Positions 49,790 to 64,000 of a DNA stretch of 64,000 nucleotides are shown piece after piece. A model generated the notes under the pieces. That model was not told the DNA's origin. It made no database searches and saw only the letters and a program-made list of their open reading frames with translations. The stretch is taken from positions 1,362,536 to 1,426,535 of the forward strand of contig MNCI01000668.1 of assembly GCA_015680685.1 (NCBI GenBank), given 5' to 3'. The position numbers and the translations under genes were made by a program. The first letter of the stretch is position 1. Every line of letters starts with the position of its first letter. Origin of the DNA: Gnetum montanum (lineage: Eukaryota; Plantae; Gnetophyta).

Positions 49790-52700
49790 TTTGGTATTTT
49801 ATTATTTCTTTAATTATTCCCTTAATGGATGATAGTGGTTTGTGGTAGGTTTTTCATGTCTTTGTATAACTTCATAGTCTTTTCCTACTTAGCACACTTA
49901 GTCTTTTTCATTTCTTTGAATTCTTTTCTTTTAATCTTGTCTTTTGTGGATGAACCCTTGAGAGCTTGTGGATGACTTTCTCCATTTTTTTAACACTAAT
50001 GCATTCCTTGTCATCTCATCTTAGTCCTACAACCACACACACATCCTTTGTCTCCAATTTACTTAATGTTTTGACATACTAAAAGGTCCATAATCTCCCC
50101 CTTTTTGGTGATGTTCAAAACTTAAAAAAATGGTTCAGTGATCATACAAATAAAACCATACTATTCTCCCCCTTTTTGAACAGTTGCAAAAATCAGAAGG
50201 CACATAAATCGATGAAAGAGTCATCATAAAAGTGCAGTATCATAAAATAAGCATAATTAAAAATCATGGCATAATTCAAAAAAAAAAAACATTTAGCAAG
50301 CAAGAATATCAATTAAAGAACACACATTTTTTAGCACTAAGTTCTATGAGGAGTTGCCCCAAATTTGTCAAGAACTAATCAAGCCTTTTTAAGTAATACT
50401 CAAACTTAAAGCTTGAAAGTGAAGTATAAGCCTTGAAGATCAAGTAACTTGTCTCTAATCATGAGTAGTTTATAGTGCATGGTTCTTTTAATGCTCAAAT
50501 ATTCTTTGTTCTTTTAAAAACATTCGCTAAAGATTAGGGCATATCTTATATGATAAGGAGAACATAACAATACATCTTCACAATGTGAAACCAATCATGC
50601 AAATGTTGAATTCTTGAGTTAGGAAGTACATCTCAAGGCAAACTACTTGAAAGATATTTCAATTAAATTGTGGACACTTTCTCATAATCAGAATGATCAT
50701 GTTTTTTCTCATATTGTTGAAAGGAACAATATCACTATTTGCATTCTTTCATAAAAGAATAGCTTATACTTGAATATCAAATAGGTGAGCTGATGATACA
50801 TTAAGACTTGCTCTTATTAGTCCAAAACAAGGATCTATAACTAATCCAAAAACAAAGGACAAAGAACACATAATTTGATGTTAAAGACAAAAATATAGAT
50901 CAAGCAGCCTATCTAATTGAAATAATTATCTCATTAGAACTTGTATCTTTATATTCAACTAGAAATTTGGAAAACATTAACACAAAGGATATGGAAGCCA
51001 TGAAAGAAACATGCAAAATTTGCTTTTTGTACAATACAATGTCACAACCATTTTTCAAAAACAAAATGATAATAACAGAAATATGTATACACACTTCATT
51101 TTTACCAAAGGAAATCAAGAACACAAATTCAAGACTTAGCCATCCACTTAGAAAAAAATACCTCTTGATGTCCTTAGTTTGCTCATTTTGTAATATTTTG
51201 CTATTTCAATGTCTCTTAGTTGAAGTTTCCAAAGACTCCCCCTACATTTTAGGTCTCCAAGATGGTGATGGATAATGAGGAATAGGCTCCCCCTACACAT
51301 GTGCTACTTATCTTGGCTATTACAAATGTTGTAAATCATAAAAGTACTATAACTGTAGGTCAACATCAAGTTCAAGTGTGGAAATAAAGGTCTCCAATTA
51401 GTATAGAATTTTTAGAGGCTTGTCTTATCTCATAATTAGCAAAAATATCCCAAAGGTCATGAGCAAAGAAACAAATCATCACAAGAAAGTTAGATTAAGC
51501 AATATTGAATGCAAGACAAGAAATAGAACTAAAATTATTACAAGATGAAGGTCCAAGGAAATTATTACAAGTGCTACACTAAAAATCTTTAGAAAATCAT
51601 GTGTATCAAACTTAAGGGTAAATGTAAGAGATGCTCTAAACAATCGTTCTGACACCTTCTCAAAACACAAATAGTTTTGAACTTTTCAAATCATGTTCTT
51701 ATTACTTAGCAAGAAAAGAAATAAAACATACCTTGACTTACCTTGTTTGCTAGTGAGGAGAGAAGATTAATGAAGTTTGAGATGAGGTCCCCTATCATGA
51801 AGTACCTCTTCATCTTTAGGTTCTCTTTCACTGAATTGTATATGTGATATCTCCATTTGTTTACATTTTTTATGATAGAACCCTTGATCAATTATTGCAT
51901 TATTTTCAATACTCCACTTCTCTTCATTCTCACTTATTGGTACTTGCATAGTTTCCTTACCAAAGTCTTTCTGGCAAGACCAAGCATTAATCTTGTTTCG
52001 ATCATCATGAGTATCTTTAAGAGTTTTTTTACAATCATAATCTTTACAAACAAATAAAATATTATCCTCATGATTAAAATTATCAAACTTTGCTTGAGCT
52101 TGAGCTTGAATTTTCAAGTGTTTCTTCCCATAAATTCTTTGGATATTTTTCAGGAGTCTTCTCTTCTTGAACCTTTTTGCAATTCTTATTAAAAGAGGTT
52201 AGTCATTGAATCTCAACTTTTATGTCTGAGATCTATTCTTTCAGTTTAGCATGAATAACATCTACCTTAGAAAGTACTAATTTCCCTACCTTCCTAATAA
52301 AATGATGTAAAAGGAAAATTTCTTCTTTAAATTCATTATACCTCTTGTCACACTTACCATATTGTTTGGTCATATGTGAGGAATTTTCATTTGTAAGTGC
52401 CATACATATGAGATGTGAATCTTTGGAAGAATTTCATGTTTCTTATTTAATTTTCTTACCATCATCCCAACTTATATAAAAGCTAGTCTTTTTTGGTTCC
52501 TCATCATTGGATCTATTCTTTGGTTGTACTTTACTATCATTTGGATCACTAGGACATTCAAAGGCCATGTGGTGTCTTCCTACACAAACCCAACATTCTA
52601 TAGAAGAGAAATCTAAGTTAGAAGCATTTAAAATTTTTTTTACCTCTATCTCTACCTTTGAAAAGATTGGGTCTTTGTGGAGATGTCCCCTTGTTTCTTC

Positions 52701-53490
52701 TTGTAAGAAATTGTTGTAGTTTCCTTGAAAGAAAGGCAATCTCCTCTTCGCTACCCTCATCATGATCATTTAACTCCTTCTTCTTGGAGGCAGTCTTTAG
52801 AGTAATAGGTCTTTCTTGGATTTCTTCTTTGCTTATGAGATTCATTTCATAAGCAATGAGAGTGCTTTGAAGCTCTTCAAATTTCAACGTTGAGAAATTT
52901 TTGAGTTCCTCCATAGCTGTGACCTTTGGTCTGAACTTTGGTTGTAAAGTTCTAATCATTTTGATGATGACATGGATTTTGGGTAGATCTTTTTCTATTC
53001 CATCTAATAGCTACAACAAGATCATTATTTCTAGAGCAACAATCCTTTACTTTATCACCTTCTCTTATTTTGAGTTTATCGTACTCACTTTGTAAAACTA
53101 ATAATTTTGATTGCTTAGTAATAGATGTTTCCTCATAAGTAGCTTCTAAAGTTTGCCAAATCTATTTAATCATTTTACATCTTACTACTCTATTAAATTT
53201 ATATTTATTTAATTCACAATATGAACAATTTTTTGATTTTAAATCAAACATGAACTTATCCTTTTCCTCTTATGTCCATTTGTTGTGAGGCTTGATGATG
53301 TAAGTGGAGCTATTAACAGGTGGAGCGTAGCCTTTAAGAATTGACTCCCACACTTCAAACTTCATGGATTTGAATAATCCTTGCATTCTAGCTTTCCAAT
53401 AGGTAAAGTCAAATCTATTGAACATGGGTGGCTTTATGTAAGATGCCCCTTCCATTGTTCACTCTTGAAGGAAAGAAAGGTTAGGCTATA
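49790..53490 (-). mobile_element. Second SIRE-like remnant: gag only, multiple PPTs, partial 3' LTR, 5' LTR lost
   Basis: gag MEGASYIKPPMFNRFDFTYWK at 53455, LQPKFRPKVTAMEE, CWVCVGRHHMAFEC. PPT copies at 50093, 50163, 51236 and 51288. LTR end at ~50092 resembles 38790-38860. Confidence 0.75.
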
Positions 53491-53529
53491 TGGCTATTCG
53501 TACATATGGTTATAACGACAAAAGATGGA

Positions 53530-56500
53530 GAAGGTTAAGGTGAACTTCACTTGTGGAGATTCTTCCTAATATTTGTAAGATTAGGAAATGAGTAAGTCCT
53601 ACTTTGCAGAAGCTTATATTTACAATCCCCTTATGATATTAAAAGGAAGTTTATCCCATAATGCATCCCATTGCTTATCATGGTCATCATTGGCTTTCTT
53701 GGGTTGTTACTCTCTTTTGGGCTGTTGAATGTCATGGTTGGGAGCATCTTCTTGAAACTCCACTTTAGATCCCTATTCAATGTCCACATTGTTGATAGTC
53801 AAGGAAATCACATTATGACCATGAATGATGATTTCACCTCCTTTTGTAAGGAAGGTGAATTTCTTGATGGATGGGTGCGGATATAGCTCATAATTGAGCC
53901 AGCCAAGGTCTTCCTAGGACAAGGTTAAACCCTGGTGTCTTCCCCATCACTAAAAAATTGGTGGTTGTGGGGAATTGCTCCCCTACCACAAAATCCAAGG
54001 AGATAGACCCCTTGATAACAACCCTTGATCCATTGAAGGACTTAAGATTTGTGGTGGTTGTAGGTTGTATTTGCTTAGTTAGGCCCAAGAATTCAATGAA
54101 GGTGCATGGAATGACATTAGTTGTAGCTCCACCATCAACATGCACCCATTGTATTTTAAATTGTCCTATGCACATGGTTATGAATAGAGGAGCCCTGGTT
54201 ACTTCACCATTCTTGGGATTAACCTTGATTTCACTATTGTGAAATACTAGGGATGTTGATGTTTCCTCCCTTGGTGAGGGAGGAACCATCATTGCATGGA
54301 TGGATTCCTCATTAGCAGGGATGTCCTAACTAATGGGGATGAAAGTCAACATTTTGACTAATGTCTCATGATGTATGGCAAAAGCCATGATCAGGTCATA
54401 CAAGCTTAAGGTTATATTCTTTTTCTTGTGGAATTTCCTAACTTAGTCCATTGGACTAAGGAAGTTTTTATTGTTGGCCATGGGCTTGTTACCTTAGTTG
54501 TGATTTACTTTCTTCATGCTATCCAAAATGTGCACTTAGATCCTAGATTATGGTTGTTGTTGGGACTTTTCCTCAGTCTTTTGGTTATGGATTTTACTAT
54601 CCTCATGTGGCTTTTTGGTTGGAGTGGGTTAGGTAGAGGAGGTCATGGGTATAGTCAAAATGGGAGTGGGGTTCGGTAGACCCACTTCCTTTCATGCCTC
54701 TATCTACTTATTACCCTTGTTGTTGGGATTTTGCTTATGCTTCTTCATTTACTTGGTTGAAATTTTTTGGCTGTCAACCATTGGTTGTGAGGAACAGGTA
54801 ATAGCATTGGCCATCATAGGTAGTCATTGAGTAGTTGTTTAGGCTACAGTTGGTTGGGTTATGTTAGACTAAGGTACCCTGATGATAAAAGGATTCCTCG
54901 AAGGCACTCATGATGGTACTCTTATGACCAAGTGGGATCTTGAATTGGTGGATGTTGAAGAACCCTTTCATCACAAGGGGCTACTTAGATCATGAATGGT
55001 TATTTTGGGGATTTCCAATCATCATCAATGTTGAATATTGAAATGAGGTAAGGACAATCATTAGTAGTTAATGGGTCCTTTTAGACATGAATCAACTAAT
55101 TTTGTGATTGGATTAGGATGGAAGAATCTAAGACTAACTCCTCCTTATCCATTATCCTTTGCGGGTCATCCCTTAGAGTGCAAGGCAGAAGTGTGTGTCA
55201 TGATCAAGTAGTTGGTGATAGTGGCAAAAGTAGTCTAGAAGTACTTAGGTAATTAAGGGTCATCTTTCATTGCTCTAGTGGGGTCTTTGGCAAAAGTAGT
55301 CTAGAAGCTTTAGACATCTATTTGTATTGGATATTTTTAGTTATCAAAAGTTGGTCTAACAACTCAGATGGCTTTAATGGTAGCGTAGTATATTTGGACT
55401 TGTCCTTTCTTTCGAAGTTAGATCTAGTTGTTGTTGATGTAGTAGCCCCAAAGGTTGATGGTTGGTTATTGCAGTTATTAGTGAAGGCCTTGGGTGGGTT
55501 AGCCCTTGGCCCCTGCTTTTTTGTCTTTATTTCTTTGGTCATAGTTGTTATGCCCATGTTTTTTTGTTTGCTCTTTTCTTTGTCTCTCCATGTATGTTGA
55601 TTTTTATATGCTATGTAGACCAAATCATGACTAGCATCCACAACATCTTCTATATTTTTAGTTTGATAAAATGCTTAGCTAAGGGATCGTGGGTTAAGGT
55701 AGTAGAACTTGGACTTGATGAGGCCATTAACTGCTCCCATAAATATGGCCAACAAGTGGGCTTTAACTATATGTTTTGGTATTTCATTCAACAGTCCATT
55801 CCATGATTGAATGAATTTCTACACGAGCTTAGGAGGTACCTACTTGACCTTCATGAGTTGGCCAAGCATTGTGTTAGGCTTTAAGTTATACTTGAAGTGA
55901 TTGACAAACTAGATAATCAAGTCCTCTAGAGAGGATCAAGATCCCCTAGGTAATGCACGATAGCAATCAAGTGCTATCCTAGTCAAGGACATAGGAAAAA
56001 TCCTCATGATTGTATGAGGCCATTGCTGCAATAGTAAAAATTTATATTGAAAGGTAATAAGGTAAGCATTGGGATCATTCCTCAATTGTATTTACTAAAA
56101 TGGGGAATAGGAACACAAGGAGGAAGTGTCAAGGATGGAACCACAGGACTGATTGGATCATCTTGGTAGAAGACCATAATCTTGACACTTTTGGAAGTAG
56201 AGGCTTTAAGCTTTCTCAACTCCTTTGTTAGGTATTGGATTATCTGGAAGGCTTGACCAAGACCATGTGATGGCCCTGTTGGTTGTGGGGTTTGTGCATA
56301 GGGCTGTGACATTTGTTGTAAGGCTTGTGGCCTTGCTATGGATTGCATGATAGAAGGAAGAGATTGTGTTATAGTTGTAGCTTATGGGCCAAACAAGGAA
56401 AAGGATGTTTATGCCAGTACCTAAGGCACAAATAGAATAAAATGGATTTGTGACCCCTAAGTTTCTTGGGGTTCCATGGTGGGCCTTACATGCGTAGTTA

Positions 56501-57164
56501 ATGGATTTGTTGTGATAAAAACCACCATTGATGGTTGCACTGATCGAGGTTGTATGACAAATGACATAAATGTATTATAGGTTGTTGGCTATGGCATTGA
56601 CTAAGTTTGATGTATGGCTATGATTGGTGTGGGACTAGCCATGGTATGATATGAGGGAGTGGAAGATGGTGGCACCATGCCCATGGAGAAAACAAAAGCA
56701 TTAGAGGAAGGCTTTGTGACCTTAGGAGAAGTCTGTTGGAACAATTCTCTTAGGATGTTTTTAGGCTTAGATTCCATCCTAAATTCATCCTCCTTCTCTT
56801 ATTTTTCTTTTAAGTTATGCTTGTCATCTTCCTCTTCCATTACTATCAATTGAGCTAGGATGCTGGCATAGACATTGGTTAGAGGTATTTGGTCATATCG
56901 GGAAGGGACATATTCTTTTCCATCCTAATGTACAAGCTCAAATGTCTTTTTTTCCTTTGCTTCCACATATGGAATCATGAGGTCAGCTTGCATTTTGGAA
57001 TAAATGTAGTGATAATGGTCTTTATTTATGGGGGAAAAATTAGGAATTTCTCCTTTAATCCTCAAAGATCACTTACATTCGATGATGGAAGGATCTTTGG
57101 GATCATAGACCCTCAAGGCTTGTTGGAGGATGAGGGAGAATTTGGTGGATTGTTGAAAAGACAT
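53530..57164 (-). pseudogene. Tat-family gag-protease remnant (paralogue of 5650-11041)
   Basis: FYQDDPISPVVPSLTLP, LPLKPSELLDQLL, VHVDGGATTNVI...FNLVLGRPWL. Confidence 0.85.
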
Positions 57165-58020
57165 GGCTATAGTGTTGAGAATGTCTTAAAATAGGCTATA
57201 AATGATAAAATAGAAGTAATTTTTAGCAAATGGGATTCCAAAAATTTTAAAGGAAATCAAAATGGCCAACAATGAAGTACTTACTATAATTAGTAAGTGG
57301 GGTGATAAGAGGGGTTTACCTCTTTACCAAAAAAAGGAAAGAAAGGAAAGTTGGTAATGAGCTTCACCAATGTCGGCCCACTAACTACCTCTACATTGGG
57401 TATGGAAGGGGGAAAAGAAGGGGAAGTTAGATGATGGGAATTTGACACCTTTTAATCCAACGTTGATGGGGGGGAAAGTAAGTGTTGTTGCACTAAAACT
57501 AGTTTTAGCAAGCTACCAATTTTCTCAGCTTGGAAGAATGGATAGGCTATAAAAGGAAAAAAATAGAAGTAAATCCCAACAAGTGAAATTCAAAAATGGA
57601 GCACTTAATATAATTAGTAAGTTGGAGGGACGGGGTATTAGGGGGAGGGGGTAAAGGGGTTAGATCCCTTTATCAAAAATGGAAAACTAGAAATGTTGAT
57701 GTTAAACACCCTCTATGTTGACCTCCTAGTTGCCTCTATGCTAGGTATGGCAGGGGGGAAAGAAGGGAGATGTGATAATGGAAACCTCACTCCTTATTTC
57801 AAAGTTGGAGAGAGAGAAAAAAATTTTAAAGGCCAAAATGAAAACCTAGTAGTTTCCAAAAATGGTTTTGGCAAGCTACCAACTTTTACCAAAAAAGGGT
57901 GGAAAGTAGGTTTGATTGGTGTTGAAACCAATGTTAGTTTTGTGGCAAAAGATGTGGTAGCACAAATTAAATGATTATTAAGGTTTCCACACTAGTTTTG
58001 TTTAGAAAATTTATAGTAGA

Positions 58021-59921
58021 TGTTGTGAAATTTTTAGCACCTAAACCACCTGCAACTTCCACACTAGCGTTTCTGCTATAGGGAGGGTAAGGACAGTGTT
58101 GGATTTCCAAGGTCTTAGCTACAAAAATGCAAATTTACTACTAAGAAACAACATTGGTAATATGACTAATAGATTTTGGCTTAGAAATTTGGTAGAGGTC
58201 CTCCTTTTAGTGTCAAGAAAACTGTTGTAATGGAAAAAATTGATTCACTAGAAAGAATTGATGGATCTGGTGCATAGTAGTCCTCAACTCAGGAATCCCC
58301 AAGGCCTTCGAAAAAATGGGATGTGGGACACCATGGTTGGTTTAGTAGATCAACAATTTGTTGACACAATTCAACAATTTTCAAAAACTTTTCTTAAGGT
58401 TCAATAGAACCTTGTGAAAAAAATGGCTAATAAATTGAAAGACTGATGGATTTGGTGCACAACAGTCCTCAACCTAATGAATCTCTAGGATCTTTGTGAA
58501 AAATGAGATTTAGGGTGCCTAGGCTAGTCAGGTAGATCAACCAAGGACTTACAGAATGCAAAATAGGTTAAATAATACAATGGTAGATCAAAGTAATATA
58601 AATGTACTAAAATAAATGACCAATTTAATTTGAACACAAACCAAAATTATAAACTTTATTTTACAAAGAATAAAATAAAAGAGAGTTAAGAGATTGTATA
58701 CAAAGTGTACTTGAGAGGGCAACAGGGGGGGGTTCACTTGAGCAGGTGTTCATGGTCTATTTAAGCCAATGTGTTCAACTCCATGATCTAGTTGTCTTGC
58801 CACTCTTGATGCTATTGAACCTTTTTTGCTGCTACTTTAGATCTATAATGTTGGTTACTACTGGGGGGTGTAAGAAAAGTTGAAAATTTAGATGCCAGAT
58901 TACTCCAGGCTGGGGTTTGAAAATCCTAGAAGTGTCACATTAACATCAAAAATCCACAAGTCTCAGGGTGATAATGCTTCCATGCTAGGGTTTAAGAGAA
59001 TGAAAATGTGGGAGATTACAAGAGCCCTTGAGTACTTGAGAATGCCTCAAATGTGGAATTATTGCCTGGAAAAGTGTATGTATGCTCAATGTATTCAAGT
59101 GTCAAAAAAGTGGAACCTGTCAATGATGTTTGAGGCTAGTTTTTATAAGTTTTGGGCCATGAATGGTGCTGCAAAATGGCTATAATTTGGCTACATAATG
59201 GTAGCAAATTGGTTGTAAAATTGCTGCAAATTTCTACCCCAAAATTTGGAGGATTATTATATATGGTAAGTGCCTTCCCCCATGGCCATTTGATTTATAA
59301 TAAATGGTAATGAGGGCATAACTTTCATGTTGGAGATGAATCTTTCTTGCTGAGCCTTTTGTCATCCTTACTAGAATGGTTGGTTAATGTGGGAGTGCAT
59401 GAAGTGTTGAAATTTGGCTTTTGTGGCTTCCATGCTAGGGGGATGCAATTTCCATGCTAGTGGTGGAGGTTCCACGCTGGGGGAAAACTTCCATGTTGAG
59501 GGGGAAAGGTTTCCAATTTGAGCATGCAGTCTCAATGCTAGGGGAAAGTTTCAAAGTTATGGGGAAACCCCCCATCTTTCCATGTTGGGGGTAGGTGAGA
59601 TTTATCCCTCTTGTAGATGTTTCCAGCATAGAAAATTATATACCCCCATAAAACCCATGAAATTACCATTTTTTGGAATTCCTAAAGGTAATTTTGACCC
59701 CCAAGCCCAAATATAGATACTAGGTGACTTTTGTTTTTACTTGGGAAATGAGGCTTTGATCACTTATGATGCATTTTCAACCTCAAAAGTATGGGATATG
59801 TGAGATTACGCTTGATGGGTTACAATATTTGCATTTATAATGAAGTTTTACCTTAAGTTTCATGAGGTTAAAGCTACATGGTGAAAACTAGCTATCACAT
59901 GCAAATTTCTATGGTGTTTTA
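58021..59921 (-). repeat. Probable LTR of a Tat-type element (left boundary uncertain)
   Basis: Right end tggtgtttta followed by ggccctctttgttg mirrors the LTR/PPT junction at 3121-3150. Confidence 0.45.
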
Positions 59922-60179
59922 ATGGGCCCTCTTTGTTGGTGTTTGGAGGATTAACTTAAGAGGCACTCACAAGGAATGCAAAATACCATTTCATATTATG
60001 ATGCTAAAATGCATATAGGCCATATGGGATGATAAAACCAAGCTATCTAGGTCACCAATGCTTACTAGTTTAAAGCCATGGTAGGCCATGATACTAGTTT
60101 AAGGATCTAGCAAGCTGTGTTGCCAGTTTAATGTCATAGCAAATCATTGAAAGTAGGCTTGTTTGCTGATGATTGTCAA

Positions 60180-61040
60180 CTACATGTAGTATGTCTTTAG
60201 ATAGGAATGATTAATTGGATTGGCTAGCTCATTCCCATCCATGTCAACTATTCTAAAGGCACCATTCTTGAAGGCTCTAGTGAGAAGGAAAGACCCTTTC
60301 TAATTAGCTAAGAATTTGTCTACATGCTTCGAAATAGCTTTGAGGACCATGTCACCGTCCTTGATCTTATGCATGGTCAAGTTATGGTGATGCTACCACT
60401 TCAGCCTCTGTTGATAGTGTTTGATGTGAGAAAGCACTTGCATACGTTGCTTCTCCATCGAGTCCAAGGTTGTTGTCCACAATTCCTTGTTCTACTCATC
60501 ACTGATGAAGTTGATCAAGGCTACTTAGAGTGACAACACCTACAATTTAAGAGGTAAAACAACTTTAGAACCATAAGCCAAGCTATAAGGGGTCATACTA
60601 GTTATCGTGTGATAGGTTGTTCTGTATGCCCAAAGTAAATAGATAAGCTGCTCATGCCATTTGCACTTGCTATTGTTAAGCATCATTTTAAGTAAGTTGA
60701 TAATGACCTTGTTACTTACTTCTACTTATCCATTAGCTTGAGGGTAATAAGGTGATAAGAAAGAATGCTTAATGCCTAGTTATGATAGAAATATTTTGTT
60801 TCCTAGCTATTAAATTATAATCCATTATTTGTGACTATTATTATGGATATGATAAAATGGGCTACATTGTTATCTAGGATGACCTTGTAGACTTGTTCAT
60901 ATGTAGTCTTCCTTAGGGGGATAGCCTCAACACACTTTGTAAAGTATTTGAATGTAATGATGATGAAGCTATGTCCTACCAAAGACTTAGGTGTTACGGA
61001 TCCAATGATATTCAACCCCCATCTTTGAAATGGCCATGTT
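60180..61040 (-). pseudogene. Tat-type integrase remnant
   Basis: WPFQRWGLNIIG..YFTKCVEAIPL, YYPQANG, WHEQL..LLWAYRTT, DMDGNELANPINHSYLKTYY. Confidence 0.85.
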
Positions 61041-64000
61041 ATTTAAGTGGTAATTTTTCTAAGTGTCAAAATGATGACACTTTCTATAAATTTGTCTAAG
61101 TGTTGGGACTACGCTCTCCACTATAGTAGAACATAGTCAGCTTCAATAGCCAAGTTTCTACAATTTTGGCTAAGTGTCTGAATGAGGTCACAAGTTGCAA
61201 AATTTTTCTAAGTGTTGAAACTATGCTCTCCACTACTGGGACTATGCTCTAGAGCGTATTTAGCATAGTCAACACACAACAACCACTTTTGCAAGATTTT
61301 TTCTAAGTATTAGAATGATGACACAAGATGTAGATTTTTCAAGTGTTAAAACTACGCTTTCCATTACTAGGACTATGCTCTAGAGTGTAGTTAGCATAGT
61401 CAACATAAAAACACCAATTTTGGCATATTTTTTCTAACTATCGAGACTACGCTCTAGAGCGTAGTTGGGGTTGAGCATAGTCCCCACTACCCCTGTGCCA
61501 CATGGTAGCTAATTCGCATTTTTCGGCAACCCTAACCCTATAAATACCCTTGCCTTAGGCGTTTTCAATAGAGAGAGAAAATTTTAGATGGTTGGCATTT
61601 TTCAAGTTTGGCATTTAGCATTTGGCATTTGGGTGAATGAGACCCAAAGGCACACTAGTGATCTAAAGAGGCAGAGTTACATACCATGGCCCATCGTAGC
61701 CCCCTTGCAGCCCAACTAAACACCATAGCCCACGATACACTGTGATGACCAAATTGACAAGCACAAACACCATGACAAGTGCTAGACTTCATAGCTCGAC
61801 ACCATCTAGACTATGATTACACTCTCCACTGTGTTTGTTGTACACTACATACCTTCTAAACCCCTTTTGGAGTTAACTATGCTCAACCCTATTTTGGGCA
61901 GTGTTCCATTTCTCTCTCTTCCTCCCTTGTGTTTTCTTTGTATTTTTCACATTTTGTTCGCATTTTGGCCTACAACTACACTAAGGCAATGGTCCATGCT
62001 ATTGACATTCCTATTTTCTACCAAAAAACATGAATATTCTTGGCACTATTCACATCATTAACATCGACTATGCTTAGCACTATTCACATGGTTAACATAG
62101 TTGACACCACTTAACACTTAGCACTATTTACACTCCATATGTCCCTGTTTGATCAACAATACCATTTAGGGCATCTCGTCTTCGCCTCCAGCAAGGCCCT
62201 CACATAGACGTGGGGTTAGGCTATGTGCTTATTGAGCCCTCGGTGTTCTAGCCACTGGCGTTTTCGGTCGCTACAGTTTTTGGTGCTAGAAGGAGGATCT
62301 TGCTGTTTTCTTCTTTGTACTCTATTGTGGTTGTCTTTGTGTGCTCTTTATACCCTTGTTGGTGTAGATTGGTCCCCATTGTTGGTCTCCCTAAGATCCC
62401 ATGTAGCAACCCAAATCATGTCATTCTCCACTTTTTTCTAAATCTTCACTCTCTAAGTGTAGAAAGTGTAGTAAGTGGAGAGTGTAGTTGGTGTGAAGCG
62501 TAGTCTCCATACTTAGCATTTTTTTTACAATTTTACACTTAGCCTTTTTTTTTTTTGGAATTTTCATATTTAATCATTTTTTTTCATTTTCATACTTAGC
62601 ATTTTTTCTAAATTTTCATACTTAGCCAAATTTCCACAATTTTACACAGTCAATTTTCTACATTTTTATACTTAGCCATTTTTTGCTACCGGCAGACTTA
62701 AACCAATTTTCTACATTTTCATACTTAGCATTTTTTCTATATTTTCATACTTAGTATTTTTTTTTGTGTTTTTATACTTAGCATTTTTTTGCATCTCCAT
62801 ACCTAGCATTTTCTCTTCATTTTCATATTTAGTCAAATTTTTGTAGTTTTACACTTAGTCAATTTTCTATGTTTTTATACTTAGCCTTTTTCTTTCTACT
62901 ACCGATAGACTTAGACATTTTTTTTTCATTTTTTAGAGTTAGCCATTTTTTGCAAACAACAACTCTTCCACCTTGATCTATGAACATGAATCTAGGTCAA
63001 CCTTCCACGTCAATGTCTAACACAATTGACATCTTCACGATCCACCCAAAGGGTGCAGTGCTCAACCATGAATACTATAACTTTGTTTGTGCCAAAATCC
63101 AAGTAGGATTACCCATGGATAGCCTTGACATAGAGGAAAAATAGGACTTCGAACAAGTCCATAAGAATGGATGAGAGTACAACCCTTCCTTGTTCAACAT
63201 AATCCCACTCACAAATTCCTATAGCTAGTTGTTGTCCTAACTCATTCGTGCAAAAGAGCAAAATGTGAGAACCAACTATGAGAAAGCCTCACAAGAGGGG
63301 GAAGACAAGTCCAAGGCCCACTATGAATGTAAGATCCCCCTTTACACTATCTTCCAACAATTACTCCATATTTTGGTAGCAAATGTGTCTACCCAACCCT
63401 ACGCTCATGCAAGGATCACCTTCTAGCCCCAAATGATTTAGGCATCCTACATCATGCTTGTTTCATTAGTGCCCTCGGCATCAATCCAACGCATGCATGT
63501 GTGGCCCACCTCGGTGATGACAACCATCCCTCAACCAATGCATCAACTAAACTTGTTCACTATGATGTTAAACTAGCATACTTCACAAGAAAAAGTCTAG
63601 TCCTTTGTCATGCAGCCAACACAAGCTCAGTCAATGCAACCAGCTAGCACATCCCCAAGCTTAGATCAGGCATTTCAGCTGATCCAAAGTTTCATAGATG
63701 AGATTAACTGGCCCAAAGCTACCTCATCTGAAACCATCAAGATGGTGGACTTCTTTTAAGATGATCCCATAAGTCCTTCAGTCCCACCATAACTCTCCCA
63801 ACAAGGGTCTCGCTGCATTAACTCATCAAGTATAATGGTGAGGGGGACCCCAATGTGCACTTGGTTATGTTTAGGTCTGAGTGCCCACTGCTACAAACCT
63901 AGCTGCATGCAATCATGCATGTCTTCCCCATGTCCCTAACTGGTAAAGCCCTTTATTGGTACTACTTGCTACCTAGGGGCTTAATCTCCTCCTTGGAGGA
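61040..64000 (+). mobile_element. 5' part of another Tat-type element: LTR (to 62275), PBS, leader satellite, gag start
   Basis: TATA cctataaataccc at ~61537. LTR end ...gtcgctaca at 62275. PBS TGGTGCTAGAAGGAGG at 62281 (tRNA-Asn type). gag from ~62980 with YNGEGDPNVHL..KALYWYYLLPRGLISSLE. Confidence 0.82.
62505..62955. repeat. ~24-bp degenerate tandem array (ttttcatacttagcattttt) in the element leader
   Basis: Roughly 15 recurrences of the acttag core flanked by T runs. Confidence 0.85.

Noticed and set aside
58852-58868. Ogre-type tRNA-Arg PBS-like tggttactactgggg
   Set aside because: Too degenerate and on the wrong strand for the neighbouring minus-strand gag.
1614-61040. Most LTR elements lie on the minus strand, like the gene
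   Set aside because: Too few independent insertions to distinguish from chance; plus-strand copies also occur.

Overview
Plant nuclear genomic DNA. The host is a seed plant; heavy CpG/CHG decay and very old retroelements suggest a gymnosperm such as a gnetophyte, but that is inference only. There is one intact host gene: a 7-exon PHYTOCHROME-INTERACTING FACTOR bHLH of the PIF8/UNE10 type on the minus strand (CDS 15979-18577, about 590 aa). It carries an APB motif, a G-box-binding bHLH and polyQ/polyH tracts, and sits in a CpG-retaining island (~15.4-23.3 kb). The rest is nested, decayed retroelements: (1) a Tat-type Ty3/gypsy element with gag-protease but no RT/RNaseH/integrase core (1614-13226), holding a same-family solo LTR; (2) a full-length Ty1/copia with AAAAG TSD (23269-29544); (3) RTE-clade LINE pieces; (4) an Athila-like element (~31.5-49.7 kb) whose integrase is split by a pol-less SIRE-like copia (37741-44146, TTGTG TSD); (5) a second gag-only SIRE-like remnant; (6) further Tat fragments to the window end. 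No clearly new biological system is proven. The best leads are the pol-less SIRE with a candidate gag-to-accessory-ORF intron, the recurrence of pol-less elements, asymmetric CpG decay of sister LTRs beside the gene, and the unusual PIF8 N-terminus and upstream island.
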